From: an uncultured Barnesiella sp.
Lineage (GTDB): Bacteria > Bacteroidota > Bacteroidia > Bacteroidales > Muribaculaceae
Assembly (NCBI GenBank): GCA_964544595.1
Contig: CAZJBM010000005.1
Coordinates: 1,324-65,323 of the forward strand
Reading direction: 5' to 3'
DNA: 64,000 bases
How positions within the stretch are numbered: the first letter of the stretch is position 1; every line of letters begins with the position of its first letter. This document shows positions 8,716-18,788 of the stretch, in pieces. The translations under genes were made by a program, and so were the position numbers. The notes under the pieces are model-generated. The model worked only from the letters and a program-made list of their open reading frames with translations, searched no databases and was not told where the DNA came from.

Positions 8716-10050
8716 TTATTTCTTGGTAACCGTAACGTTTTCCACCTTGCAGTTAGCTATGTTTGAAGTGTCGAATTCTCCTGTCGTGTCGAGAGCTGTG
8801 ACATTTTCAAATGTGAAGTTCTCAAGGTCGAAGTAATTGTCTTTAGCCTCGCGGTAGAAGTCGCGCCAGCAGTCGAGGTCGGCGTTGCGGAAAGTGATGT
8901 TTGCCACTTTGGAGCGGGGCATCGGGTCGCGATCGCCTTTGTCGTAGAACTGTGTCCACTTCTGCACCTCAACGCCATTTTTCACCTTACCTTTGGCGCC
9001 GTCAACGAGCACGTACATATATTTTTGGGGTGTGTCGGGGCGCATTTTGAAAAGCACCACGTGTGACGTTCCGTCATACTCACAGTTACGTAGTATCACG
9101 TTTTCCGCATCCCATGCCTCCGAGCCGAAGGTCACGCCGGCATTTGTTTTGCCAAATTTGCAATCCTCTACGAGAATACGGCGGCAGGGGCCGTTGCCGG
9201 GAATGGTGTCGACCCATGTGCCTTTACCACCTTTTACGCAAACCGCATCGTCGTTGACATTCATGTAGCAGCCTTTGACGAGCACGTCGGAACACACATC
9301 GAGATCGATAGCATCGGTTGAGGGGCCTTTGGGATAGCCGTCGGTTGGAGCGTAAATGAAGTTGTCGAGATATTTCACTCGATTGCAGTTATAAAGGTGG
9401 TTGGTCCAGAAGCCTGAGAATATTAGTTTCACCCCGCTAACGGTCACGTCGTCGGAATCGGCGATGTAGACAAGGCGAGGGCGAAGCGCTTCGAGATTGG
9501 TGCACTTCGGATTAACCTTGCGACGCAACCAAAATTCGTCGTAGAAGCGCAGACCGTTGCCGTCGATAGTGCCCGGGCCTGAAATAGTGAAGCCGTCGCA
9601 GTCGATAGCGTTAACGAGAGCGGCGAAATATTTTATCGTCTGGCCTTCGAGGCGAGTGTCGATAATCTCATAGTTGGTAATCGCATCTGAGCCTTTGAGT
9701 TTTCCCCCCTCGGCGATGTTGAGATGGGTTCCGGGCTTGAAGAAAAGCGAGCCTGAAAGGAATGTACCCTCAGGCACTACTATAACACCGCCGCCATTGG
9801 CAGCAGCCTTGTCAATCACAGCCTGGATGGCTTCTGTCTGAATAAGGGTTGAGTCATTGGCTGTAACTCCGTAATCGGTTATGACGTATTTCGGGCCCAA
9901 CTCGTCGACATTGACAGGAGCCGCATTGTAAAACCATTCGTCGATAACTGTGCCATCGGGCCACGTGGGCGCAACTTTAGGTGCTTTCTTTTTAGCAGCT
10001 ACGGCAAGTCCGGGAATAACCAAAGCAAGAAGCAGATACTTAAATTTCAT
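8716..10050 (-). CDS. Glycoside hydrolase family 28 (polygalacturonase-like), secreted
   Basis: Signal peptide; STDAID, DDAVCVK catalytic motifs; FKMRPD; beta-helix character. Confidence 0.88.
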   Translation of the reverse strand: MKFKYLLLALVIPGLAVAAKKKAPKVAPTWPDGTVIDEWFYNAAPVNVDELGPKYVITDYGVTANDSTLIQTEAIQAVIDKAAANGGGVIVVPEGTFLSGSLFFKPGTHLNIAEGGKLKGSDAITNYEIIDTRLEGQTIKYFAALVNAIDCDGFTISGPGTIDGNGLRFYDEFWLRRKVNPKCTNLEALRPRLVYIADSDDVTVSGVKLIFSGFWTNHLYNCNRVKYLDNFIYAPTDGYPKGPSTDAIDLDVCSDVLVKGCYMNVNDDAVCVKGGKGTWVDTIPGNGPCRRILVEDCKFGKTNAGVTFGSEAWDAENVILRNCEYDGTSHVVLFKMRPDTPQKYMYVLVDGAKGKVKNGVEVQKWTQFYDKGDRDPMPRSKVANITFRNADLDCWRDFYREAKDNYFDLENFTFENVTALDTTGEFDTSNIANCKVENVTVTKK

Positions 10051-10102
10051 GGTAATTAGTGGATAATGATATGCGGTAGTTGATTTTATTTAGGGATTAA
10101 AA

Positions 10103-10157
10103 AAGTAGGGTTTACAAAAATCTAAGATTAACACAAATCAATTTGTAAACCCTACTT
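10103..10157 (-). terminator. Hairpin downstream of pgk
   Basis: 16-bp inverted repeat aagtagggtttacaaa / tttgtaaaccctactt with 23-nt loop. Confidence 0.65.
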
Positions 10158-10210
10158 AACCAATTATCTAATCAGGAATTAGATATATCGTTTTGTTAAG
10201 AAACAGTCTA

Positions 10211-11458
10211 TTAGCCTTTGACAGCAGCCACGCCGGGGAGCACTTTGCCCTCGATGGCTTCGAGAAGAGCGCCGCCGCCGGTAGAAACGTAGCTTACCTG
10301 ATCGGCAAGACCGAACTTGTTTACGCAAGCAACCGAGTCGCCGCCACCGACGAGCGAGAAAGCGCCCTTGTCGGTAGCCTCAACGATTGCCTCAGCGATA
10401 GCGCGAGAGCCTGCAGCGAAGTTATCGAATTCAAACACGCCGGCGGGGCCATTCCAGAGGATAGTCTTCGCATCGACGATAGCGTCGCGGAAAGCTTTGC
10501 GAGCCTCGGGGCCTGCGTCAACGCCTTCCCAGCCGTCGGGAATATCCATAACTGAAACGATCTGAGTGTTAGCGTCGTTCTTGAAATCATCAGCAGCAAC
10601 GCAGTCGGTAGCAAGCACGAGGTTCACGCCTTTTTCTTTGGCTTTGGCAATGATGTCGAGGGCGAGCTGGAGTTTATCGTTCTCGCAGATAGAGTTACCC
10701 ACTTTGCCGCCCTGAGCCTTAGCGAAAGTGTAAGTCATGCCGCCGCAGAGGATAAGATTGTCGACCTTGTCCATGAGGTTCTCGATGATACCGATTTTGG
10801 TAGACACTTTCGAGCCACCCATTATAGCGGTGAACGGACGCTTGATATCGCTGAGGATATTGTCGACTGCCTTTACCTCTTTCTCCATGAGGTAGCCAAG
10901 CATCTTGTTGTCGGCATCGAAATAGTCGGCGATAACTGCAGTGGAAGCGTGTTTACGGTGAGCGGTGCCGAATGCGTCGTTAACATAAACGTCGGCGTAT
11001 GAAGCGAGTTTTTTAGCGAATTCTTTCTGACGGGCCTTCATTTCTTTCTTGGCGTCGTCGTATGCGGGATCTTCTTTATCGATACCTACGGGCTTGCCCT
11101 CCTCTTCGGGGTAGAAGCGGAGATTTTCGAGAAGGAGCACTTCGCCGGGCTTGAGACCAGCAGCGAGCTCGGAAGCGTTGGCGCAGTCGGGAGCGAACTT
11201 CACGTCGCGGCCGAGAGCCTTAACCACAGCGTCTTTGATTTGAGCGAGCGACATTTTGGGGTTAACTTTGCCTTTGGGCTTACCCATGTGGCTCATGATA
11301 ATAAGCGAGCCGCCCTTTTCGAGGATAGCTTTAAGAGTGGGGAGCGCGCCGCGGATACGGGTGTCGTCGGTGATGTTACCGTTTTCGTCCAATGGCACGT
11401 TGAAGTCAACGCGGACGATGGCTTTTTTGCCTTCGAAATTGTAGTTGTCGATATTCAT
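10211..11458 (-). CDS. pgk: Phosphoglycerate kinase
   Basis: [50 protein letters not shown]. Confidence 0.98.
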   Translation of the reverse strand: MNIDNYNFEGKKAIVRVDFNVPLDENGNITDDTRIRGALPTLKAILEKGGSLIIMSHMGKPKGKVNPKMSLAQIKDAVVKALGRDVKFAPDCANASELAAGLKPGEVLLLENLRFYPEEEGKPVGIDKEDPAYDDAKKEMKARQKEFAKKLASYADVYVNDAFGTAHRKHASTAVIADYFDADNKMLGYLMEKEVKAVDNILSDIKRPFTAIMGGSKVSTKIGIIENLMDKVDNLILCGGMTYTFAKAQGGKVGNSICENDKLQLALDIIAKAKEKGVNLVLATDCVAADDFKNDANTQIVSVMDIPDGWEGVDAGPEARKAFRDAIVDAKTILWNGPAGVFEFDNFAAGSRAIAEAIVEATDKGAFSLVGGGDSVACVNKFGLADQVSYVSTGGGALLEAIEGKVLPGVAAVKG

Positions 11459-11565
11459 TGTTCCTAAAAAAATTAAGAAATAATTGTTGTTGGGGTTGAG
11501 ATTTTCTTATTGGTCACAAATTTACAATAAAAAATGGGTTTAACGCGCACTTGAAGCGTTAAAAA

Positions 11566-12381
11566 TTACTTCATGAGCGCGGCCATCTGATCGGCGAGTT
11601 TCTTAGCCTCGCGGGCAGCCGCTTCGGCGAAGTCTTCGCCCGACGAGGCGTATATGACTCCGCGCGACGAGTTGACGAGCAACCCGCAATCGTCAATAAG
11701 CCCGCGCTTAGCCACCTCTTCCAGGCTTCCGCCCTGAGCGCCCACACCCGGCACGAGGAGAAACGAGCGGGGAGTGATACGCCTGATCTCATCAAACATC
11801 TCGGCCTGGGTGGCTCCGCACACAAACATCAGCTCATCGGGCGACGCCCAAGTCTGAGCCTTAGTCATGACGGACTCAAAGAGGGGAGTGCCCTCCTCGT
11901 TTTTGATGTGCTGAAAGTCGAGACTGCCTTTATTGGAAGTGAGGGCGAGAAGGATGACCCATTTGCCCTCATAGCCGAGAAATGGAGTCACGCTATCCTC
12001 TCCCATGTAGGGAGCGACAGTGACGGCATCAACTCCGAGGCCCTCGAACAGCGCTTTGGCATACATTTTCGAGGTATTGCCGATGTCACCTCGCTTAGCG
12101 TCGGCGATAATGAATTGGTCGGGATAGTTTTCACGGAGATATTTAACGGTTTTCTCGAGCGCTATCCAACCATCAACGCCGTAGGTTTCGTAAAAAGCGA
12201 GGTTGGGTTTATAGGCCACGCAATAGGGCGCGGTGGCGTCGATGATAGCTTTATTGAATTTAAAGATTGCATCCTCGTCGCCTTTAAGATGCTCCGGGAT
12301 TTTATTCAGGTCAACATCGAGACCGACGCAAAGAAACGATCCCTTGCGGCGTATGTTGTCAACTAATTGTTTGCGGTTCAT
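11566..12381 (-). CDS. pyrF: Orotidine-5'-phosphate decarboxylase
   Basis: [42 protein letters not shown]. Confidence 0.96.
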   Translation of the reverse strand: MNRKQLVDNIRRKGSFLCVGLDVDLNKIPEHLKGDEDAIFKFNKAIIDATAPYCVAYKPNLAFYETYGVDGWIALEKTVKYLRENYPDQFIIADAKRGDIGNTSKMYAKALFEGLGVDAVTVAPYMGEDSVTPFLGYEGKWVILLALTSNKGSLDFQHIKNEEGTPLFESVMTKAQTWASPDELMFVCGATQAEMFDEIRRITPRSFLLVPGVGAQGGSLEEVAKRGLIDDCGLLVNSSRGVIYASSGEDFAEAAAREAKKLADQMAALMK

Positions 12382-12396
12382 ATTGTGAAATGTGTT

Positions 12397-13506
12397 TTAG
12401 AGTTCTGACTCTTTAAGTTTTTCGGCATTCTCGGCTATAATCAGCTGGTCGATCACATCCTGAATATCGCCTCCCATAAAGCCTTGAAGATTATATATGG
12501 TATAGTTAATACGATGATCGGTGATACGTCCTTGCGGGTAATTGTAGGTGCGGATTTTAGCGGATCGGTCGCCGGTAGAAACCATCGTTTTGCGTCGCGA
12601 GGCAATATCGTCGATATACTTCTGATGCTCCTTATCGTAGATAAAAGTACGCAATCGGCTGAGAGCGCGCTCTTTGTTCTTAGGCTGGTCGCGGGTCTCG
12701 GTGCACTCGATCAGTATTTCCTCTGTTTCGCCGGTGTTAGGGTTCTTCCACATATAGCGAAGACGCACACCCGACTCTACCTTATTGACGTTCTGACCAC
12801 CAGCGCCGCCCGATCGGAATGTGTCCCACTTGATTTCGCCCTCGTTGATTTCAACATCGAAGGCCTCGGCCTCGGGGAGTACCGCGACAGTCGCGGCCGA
12901 TGTGTGCACTCGGCCCTGAGTTTCAGTAGCCGGCACGCGCTGCACGCGATGAACGCCGCTCTCATATTTAAGAGTGCCATAGACGTTGTCGCCGGTAACA
13001 GCGAAAACTATTTCCTTATATCCTCCGGCAGCTCCCTCAGAGAAGCTCGATATGGCAACGTTCCATCCCTTCGATTCGCAGTATTTGACATACATCTTGA
13101 AAAGGTCGCCGGCAAAAATCGCCGCTTCGTCGCCGCCGGTGCCGCCTCTGATTTCCACAATAGCGTTTTTGCTATCCTCGGGATCGGCCGGAATGAGCAG
13201 CAGCTTGATTTCTTCCTCCACGCGGGGAATTTCCTCAGTGGCCGAGTCGAGCTGCTCCTTTGCCATAGCTTTCATATCGGGGTCAGACTCGTTGGCAATC
13301 AAATCTTTGGCTTCGGCAACATTGGCGAGCAACTCACGATAATGATTGGTGGTCTGAGTGAGTTTTTCGAGGTCTTTATATTCTTTTGTAAGCTTGACAT
13401 ATCGCTTCATATCGGCTATCACCGAAGGGTCGGTAATCAAGGTGCTAACCTCAGCGAAGCGCGCGTCGATGCCATCAAGCCTTGATAATAATGAATTTTC
13501 CGTCAT
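12397..13506 (-). CDS. prfA: Peptide chain release factor 1 (start at ATG 13506)
   Basis: YESGVHRVQRVPATE (PxT = RF1), RSGGAGGQNVNK, RTYNYPQGRITDHR. Confidence 0.96.
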   Translation of the reverse strand: MTENSLLSRLDGIDARFAEVSTLITDPSVIADMKRYVKLTKEYKDLEKLTQTTNHYRELLANVAEAKDLIANESDPDMKAMAKEQLDSATEEIPRVEEEIKLLLIPADPEDSKNAIVEIRGGTGGDEAAIFAGDLFKMYVKYCESKGWNVAISSFSEGAAGGYKEIVFAVTGDNVYGTLKYESGVHRVQRVPATETQGRVHTSAATVAVLPEAEAFDVEINEGEIKWDTFRSGGAGGQNVNKVESGVRLRYMWKNPNTGETEEILIECTETRDQPKNKERALSRLRTFIYDKEHQKYIDDIASRRKTMVSTGDRSAKIRTYNYPQGRITDHRINYTIYNLQGFMGGDIQDVIDQLIIAENAEKLKESEL

Positions 13507-13568
13507 ATAACAGGGTTTCGATTTCAGCGCGAATTTACCACATATTTCGGTAATTCGCAACAATTTGC

Positions 13569-13576
13569 TAACTTTG
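13569..13576 (+). promoter_or_regulatory. Bacteroidetes primary-sigma -7 element
   Basis: TAACTTTG matches TAnnTTTG, 17 nt before ATG 13593. Confidence 0.6.
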
Positions 13577-13592
13577 CGGCAAACGAATATCC

Positions 13593-14993
13593 ATGGAAAT
13601 TCTCAAGAAATTATATACCGAGCTTACAGGCTCTTTCCCCGCGACTATCGAGGCAATAACCGGATCGGGGTCAAACCGCAGATACTTCAAGCTCACGGGG
13701 CCGATTACGGTAATAGGGACCATAGGGGAGGACACCCGCGAAAACCATACGTTTATCAACCTCGCCCGCCATTTTCGCGAAAGGGGGATAAACGTGCCTG
13801 AAGTGCTTGCCGTAGCAGATGACTATACGGCATATCTGCAAGAATATGTCAGTGACACGCAGCTGCTTGATGTGATAAAATCAGAAAATCCGCTCACAGA
13901 AGAATTGGTTGAAAAGACGATCAGGACACTTCCGAAAATTCAATACGCGGGAGCCGACGGGCTTGATTTTGACAAATGCTGCCATGAATCGGCGTTCGAT
14001 GCCCGACTTGTCAACTGGGATCTCAATTATTTCAAATACTGCCTTCTCAAAATCAGCGGCGTGAAATTTGATGAGGCTCTACTGCAAAACGATTTCGACA
14101 GACTCGCTGAGAATTTGCTTTACGACGATTTCTCCACCTTCATGTATCGCGATTTCCAGTCGCGCAACGTGATGCTCAAAAACGGCACAGAGCCATACTT
14201 CATTGATTTTCAAGGAGGTCGGAAAGGGCCTGCGGAGTACGACGTGGCCTCATTTCTTTGGCAGGCAAAAGCTGGCTTCTCGCCTGAATTCCGCACTCGC
14301 ATGATTGACGCATATCTCGACGCCGCCTCTGAATTCGCGACAATCGACAGCGATGAGTTCCATTCTCGAATAAAGACTTTCGCTCTCTTCAGGATGCTTC
14401 AAGTGCTTGGCGCATACGGATTCCGAGGATTGCACGAACGTAAACAGCATTTTATCGAAAGTATTCCCGCGGCACTGAAAAATGCCGCAGAGCTAATCGA
14501 GGCCAACGATTATCCTGAATTGGCAAAAGTGATTTCGGCTCTCTGCGAGAAATATCCATGCGCGCAGAGCAAGCGCAACCGACTGCTTGTGACCGTTGGC
14601 AGTTTCTCCTATAAAAAGGGGATACCGCAAGACGACAGCGGCAATGGGGGGGGATTTGTTTTTGATTGCCGCGGTATGCACAACCCTGGCCGATATGAGC
14701 AATATAAACGACTGACCGGCCGCGACCTACCCGTAATCGAATTTCTTGAGGAAAGGGGGGAGGTTCAACCGTTTTTGGATGCTTGCCACAAACTTGTCGA
14801 TCATTCGGTCGAGACATATTTGCGACGCGGTTTCACAAGCCTTACGTGTTGGTTTGGCTGCACTGGCGGCCAACACCGATCGGTGTACTGCGCTGAGCAT
14901 CTTGCCGCACACATAGCCGAAAAGTTCCCCGCCGCCGACATCCTACTTCACCACCGCGAGCAGTCAATCACCGAGCACCTCAATCACCGCTAA
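13593..14993 (+). CDS. APH-family phosphotransferase (AmgK-like sugar kinase) fused to RapZ C-terminal domain
   Basis: GSGSNRRYF, YRDFQSRN, IDFQG, YDVASFL; C-terminal SFSYKKGIP..FDCR..NPG..FGCTGGQHRSVY (RapZ-C). Confidence 0.82.
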   Translation: MEILKKLYTELTGSFPATIEAITGSGSNRRYFKLTGPITVIGTIGEDTRENHTFINLARHFRERGINVPEVLAVADDYTAYLQEYVSDTQLLDVIKSENPLTEELVEKTIRTLPKIQYAGADGLDFDKCCHESAFDARLVNWDLNYFKYCLLKISGVKFDEALLQNDFDRLAENLLYDDFSTFMYRDFQSRNVMLKNGTEPYFIDFQGGRKGPAEYDVASFLWQAKAGFSPEFRTRMIDAYLDAASEFATIDSDEFHSRIKTFALFRMLQVLGAYGFRGLHERKQHFIESIPAALKNAAELIEANDYPELAKVISALCEKYPCAQSKRNRLLVTVGSFSYKKGIPQDDSGNGGGFVFDCRGMHNPGRYEQYKRLTGRDLPVIEFLEERGEVQPFLDACHKLVDHSVETYLRRGFTSLTCWFGCTGGQHRSVYCAEHLAAHIAEKFPAADILLHHREQSITEHLNHR

Positions 14994-15105
14994 ACTATAA
15001 TCAACTACGAGCCTGTCAAAAAATTAATGTTAAGATAGGCACTGATATACAGCAACATCGGCAACTTGTTGCGGATAGATTGTTGCAAATTGGATTTTTA
15101 ATTAG

Positions 15106-15113
15106 TAATTTTG
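15106..15113 (+). promoter_or_regulatory. -7 promoter element for the 15534-18704 operon
   Basis: TAATTTTG followed by ca, about 420 nt upstream of the first ATG. Confidence 0.5.
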
Positions 15114-15533
15114 CAGTCACAGACCGCTTTGCAGAGACCCGGTCACGGGACGCTGCGGGCGGGCATGAAATAATATAAGAAATGCGTTTACTTGACGCTC
15201 CTTCTTGACAATTGGAAACTTCGCAACTTTCTCAGGTTAGTCAAGAGTGAAGCAAACGGTAGATGCCTTTTGTGGATATGTATATCTATTCCTAATCCTA
15301 TGCGCGAGCATGGGGTTAGGGTATGTTACATATTCTGCGTGAGGTCTCTGCGTTTGCTCGTTCAACTAACCGGGCATTGCGAAGGCCTCCAATTGTGGAA
15401 CGAGTAAACAGTTATGGCTCTCACGCATTTTTTATACCTAACTAATACATAGATAAACTGAGCCGAACCACAATAATTAATCAGCTCCCTGCAGACTGAT
15501 ATGGGAATAATCTAACCAATCAATATATATCGA

Positions 15534-16793
15534 ATGAAACAATCGGCCAATCACTACCTATCAAACCCATTTTTATATAGGCTCGTAAGTTCAATCTTGA
15601 TTTTATCGGTATTATGTAAACTATTGCATACTATAAGATTAAGTACGTCGTCAGGCGCATTGTCGACTTATGAGTTCTCCGAATTTCTGATTAACTTTCA
15701 AGGCGGTTTCGTAAGAAGAGGATTGTTAGGGGAAATACTATTTTGGTTTACCTCAACAACAGGTATCAATCCACAAATCACGATAAGCATTATATGCGCG
15801 CTTTTTTACATTGGCGTGACATGGTTTTTCTTTGTGAAGTTCAAAGAAAGAGGGTACAGGTGGTGGCTATTGTTGTCTCCCTTCATGTGCGGTTTTGTCG
15901 TGTATGTAATTCGCAAAGACTTCATCCTGTATGCAGTTGTCATTGGAATGATGTACTTGATAAGGGATGGTAGCCCGGCGTTATGGAAACGTATTGTCGC
16001 TTTATTTCTTGCGGCATTGGGGTTAATGCTTCACGAGGCATTTATGTTTTGGGGAATCCCGATATTCGCTTTGGTTTTACTTACTGACCGAGAGCATTTA
16101 ACCACAAATGTCATTTTCATACTCCTGCTCGTTGGAATATTCGGAGCGGAATGTATTTTCAAGGGAAACATAGACACGGCCAATGCCATCAACGAATCAT
16201 GGAATTCTGTAAGTAACAGCAATTTGCATTTAGTGCATCACAACAGTATCGGAGCCTTAACATGGGGAACGCTTGAAACATTCATTTTCCATATAAAAAA
16301 TAATCTCGGGGCGCAGTTGCAAGGGATCATGTATTGGCCGTTACTGACAGTTTTAATATACTACCTCATTTCTTTCTTCTTCACATCATTTCCTCCTATT
16401 AAAGGCAGCTATGACAAGGATGAGCAATCACGCCTATCATGCATAATGATAATATTACTGATATGTCTGCTGCCGATGTTCACGTTGCTAAGTTGCGACT
16501 ATGGGCGACTGTTTCAATATGTCGTTATAACCGCGTTTGCGGCGATTATCATATTAGACGTAAAGACTATCGACCGAATTATTCCCGACAAGATAAACAA
16601 ATCAGTCGCAAGCTTTAACCTTAGCTTGAGCAATTATTTACCACCGAGCAAATTAATCATTATAATCTTGTTGCTGACAATCGGGGTGAGTCCGTTTCAC
16701 TTCAACCCGACCTCATCGTTAATTCAGAGTCCGTTAGGCTCGATACTCTATTTTTGCAGCCAAGTTGTCGATAAATTATTCCCTACATTATGA
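15534..16793 (+). CDS. Polytopic membrane protein, putative GT-C-fold glycosyltransferase
   Basis: About 10 hydrophobic segments; YEFSEFLINFQGGFVRRGL first loop, HEAFMFW, SCDYGR; AT-rich; ATGA-coupled to ubiA-like gene. Confidence 0.6.
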   Translation: MKQSANHYLSNPFLYRLVSSILILSVLCKLLHTIRLSTSSGALSTYEFSEFLINFQGGFVRRGLLGEILFWFTSTTGINPQITISIICALFYIGVTWFFFVKFKERGYRWWLLLSPFMCGFVVYVIRKDFILYAVVIGMMYLIRDGSPALWKRIVALFLAALGLMLHEAFMFWGIPIFALVLLTDREHLTTNVIFILLLVGIFGAECIFKGNIDTANAINESWNSVSNSNLHLVHHNSIGALTWGTLETFIFHIKNNLGAQLQGIMYWPLLTVLIYYLISFFFTSFPPIKGSYDKDEQSRLSCIMIILLICLLPMFTLLSCDYGRLFQYVVITAFAAIIILDVKTIDRIIPDKINKSVASFNLSLSNYLPPSKLIIIILLLTIGVSPFHFNPTSSLIQSPLGSILYFCSQVVDKLFPTL

Positions 16794-17674
16794 AGATAGC
16801 CTCATTATTTAAATTGATACGTCCGCAGCAGTGGGCTAAAAACGTTTTTGTGGCGCTACCCTTGTTTTTTAGCGGTTCAATGCTCGATTTATGGTGTTGG
16901 AAGCAGGTAGCAATCGTGTTTTTTTCCTTTTCTTTTATAGCGAGCTCAATATATTGCTTTAATGATATAATGGATGCGGAAGTTGACAGGCAACATCCGA
17001 AGAAACGACTCAGACCTATCGCGAGCGGTGAAATATCAGAAGGAGTAGCATATACGATAATGACTATTCTCGTGATTATATCTTTTGCGTTATGTTGGAT
17101 GCTCGGGAGGAATCAAAGACTGTTAGTAGCCTGTATAATCGGATTATACTTTATATTGAATTTAGCATATTGCCTGCGTTTGAAGCACTATGCAATAATT
17201 GATGTTTTTATAATCTCACTGGGGTTTGTGCTGCGACTTTGTGCAGGAGGCCAGGCTTGCAATATTTGGTTATCGCCGTGGATTGTGTCGATGACATTTC
17301 TTATAGCATTGTTTTTAGCTTTTGCTAAAAGACGCGACGACGTAGTGATCAGGGAAACTACGGGCCAGGTTACGCGCGACAATACCGTGAGGTATAATCT
17401 GGAGTTTATGAATCAGACTCTTGGCCTTATAGGAGCAATCACAATCGTGTGCTACATCATTTACACGGTTTCGCCGGATGTTGTGGAAAGAATGGGTAGC
17501 GGATACGTCTACATTACCTCTATCTTTGTTTTGGCCGGAATACTACGCTATCTACAGGTAGCCATTGTCGACGCCGGAAGCGGTAGCCCAACCAAAATAT
17601 TATTAAGCGACCGATTTATTCAAGCCTGTGTGTTAATGTGGATTTTGGTCTTTGTCACAATAATATATCTATGA
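16790..17674 (+). CDS. UbiA-family polyprenyl-phosphate phosphoribosyltransferase (DPPR-synthase-like)
   Basis: RPQQWAKN, YCFNDIMDAEVDRQHPKKRLRPIASG, LKHYAIIDVFIISLGFVLR, AKRRDD. Confidence 0.88.
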   Translation: MKIASLFKLIRPQQWAKNVFVALPLFFSGSMLDLWCWKQVAIVFFSFSFIASSIYCFNDIMDAEVDRQHPKKRLRPIASGEISEGVAYTIMTILVIISFALCWMLGRNQRLLVACIIGLYFILNLAYCLRLKHYAIIDVFIISLGFVLRLCAGGQACNIWLSPWIVSMTFLIALFLAFAKRRDDVVIRETTGQVTRDNTVRYNLEFMNQTLGLIGAITIVCYIIYTVSPDVVERMGSGYVYITSIFVLAGILRYLQVAIVDAGSGSPTKILLSDRFIQACVLMWILVFVTIIYL

Positions 17675-18291
17675 TACAGGAAAATGCATCAACCAAAACA
17701 GCAAATGCTATCGCGTTTTTTGATTTTGACGGTACTATTACCAAGCACGACACGCTTATTAGATTCGGCAGATTCGCCTTGGGGCGCATGAGATTAGCAT
17801 ACAGCATAATGGCATCCTCGCCATGGCTATTCTTGTGGAAAATTGGCCTCATCAGCAACTCCACCGCTAAGCAGAAGCTTTTCTCCAAAATGTTCAAAGG
17901 CATGGGGAAATCGGAATTTTCAAGTTTAGGGGAATCGTTTGTTCCTCTTATTGATTCAGATTTACGACAGTCAACAATAGATTTAATAAACAAGCATAAG
18001 AGTAGCGGGCATACGATTGTTATTGTTTCGGCAAGCATTGCGGATTGGATTCGACCATGGGCAGAAAAGCAAGGATTTGATGCGGTAATAGCGACGGAAG
18101 CAGAGACCGACCTACAAGACCGACTGACCGGGCGGTTTTCAACCCCTAATTGCCACGGAAAGGAGAAAGTAAACAGAATTAAGGAACGATTTCGCGATCT
18201 CTCTCAAATTGAGACGTTCGCCTACGGCGACTCTCACGGAGATGACGAAATGCTGGCTTTCGCCTGTCATGCTCAAAAGATATGCAAATGA
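17671..18291 (+). CDS. HAD-IB family phosphatase (start at ATG 17671)
   Basis: FFDFDGT, IVSAS, NCHGKEK, AYGDSHGD; ATGA overlap with upstream stop. Confidence 0.88.
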   Translation: MIQENASTKTANAIAFFDFDGTITKHDTLIRFGRFALGRMRLAYSIMASSPWLFLWKIGLISNSTAKQKLFSKMFKGMGKSEFSSLGESFVPLIDSDLRQSTIDLINKHKSSGHTIVIVSASIADWIRPWAEKQGFDAVIATEAETDLQDRLTGRFSTPNCHGKEKVNRIKERFRDLSQIETFAYGDSHGDDEMLAFACHAQKICK

Positions 18292-18704
18292 ATATTTCGA
18301 AAAACAGTTTGAAATCAGATGATAAACGAGTGCAACTCTTAAGGTTTATCATTGTCGGCGGCATAGCTTCGGCCATTCAATATAGTTGCTATTGGGCATT
18401 AATACATTTTTTCTCGATAAATGCCGTCATTGCATCAGTCGCAAGCTACCTTATAAGTTTCGTTTTCAACTTCATTATGTCGAATATATTCACATTTCAT
18501 ACCACTCCCAACAAACTTAAAGCCATCTCATTCGGGGTAAGCCATGTTATTAATTTCATTCTACAAACAGCTCTTGTGGCCGTATTCGCATTGGTTGTTC
18601 CTGCCGAATGGGCTTTGCTCCCAGCAATGGCGATATGCGTACCTATAAACTTTTTACTCGTACGCTTTTCACTGACATCCCAATTATTCGCGGATAGGCG
18701 ATAA
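18288..18704 (+). CDS. GtrA-family flippase-like protein
   Basis: QLLRFIIVGG, SYLISFVFNFIMSNIFTF, 4 TM; ATGA overlap at 18288-18291. Confidence 0.85.
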   Translation: MNISKNSLKSDDKRVQLLRFIIVGGIASAIQYSCYWALIHFFSINAVIASVASYLISFVFNFIMSNIFTFHTTPNKLKAISFGVSHVINFILQTALVAVFALVVPAEWALLPAMAICVPINFLLVRFSLTSQLFADRR

Positions 18705-18721
18705 GTGAGCATGGATAAAAA

Positions 18722-18765
18722 ACAAGTTTCGCCTACGCGGGAAATCTTGCGTGAGCGAAACTTGT
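18722..18765. terminator. Bidirectional terminator-like hairpin
   Basis: acaagtttcgc / gcgaaacttgt plus inner stem, between convergent genes. Confidence 0.7.
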
Positions 18766-18788
18766 GAACGGTTATTCGGTCGGGCGGA

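Noticed and set aside
12484-13485. 333-aa ORF antisense to prfA (also 28227-29075 in htpG, 19707-20519, 37148-38062)
   Set aside because: Antisense shadows of well-supported genes
14646-14653. G8 run in the kinase-RapZ gene
   Set aside because: Encodes the conserved-looking GNGGGF loop; frame intact
15060-15072. GGCAAC..TTGC as a possible sigma54 site
   Set aside because: Spacing is GG-N9-GC, not the required N10
15192-15407. 71-aa ORF in the operon leader as a possible UpxY remnant or leader peptide
   Set aside because: Non-ATG start, no NusG-like motifs, composition not protein-like
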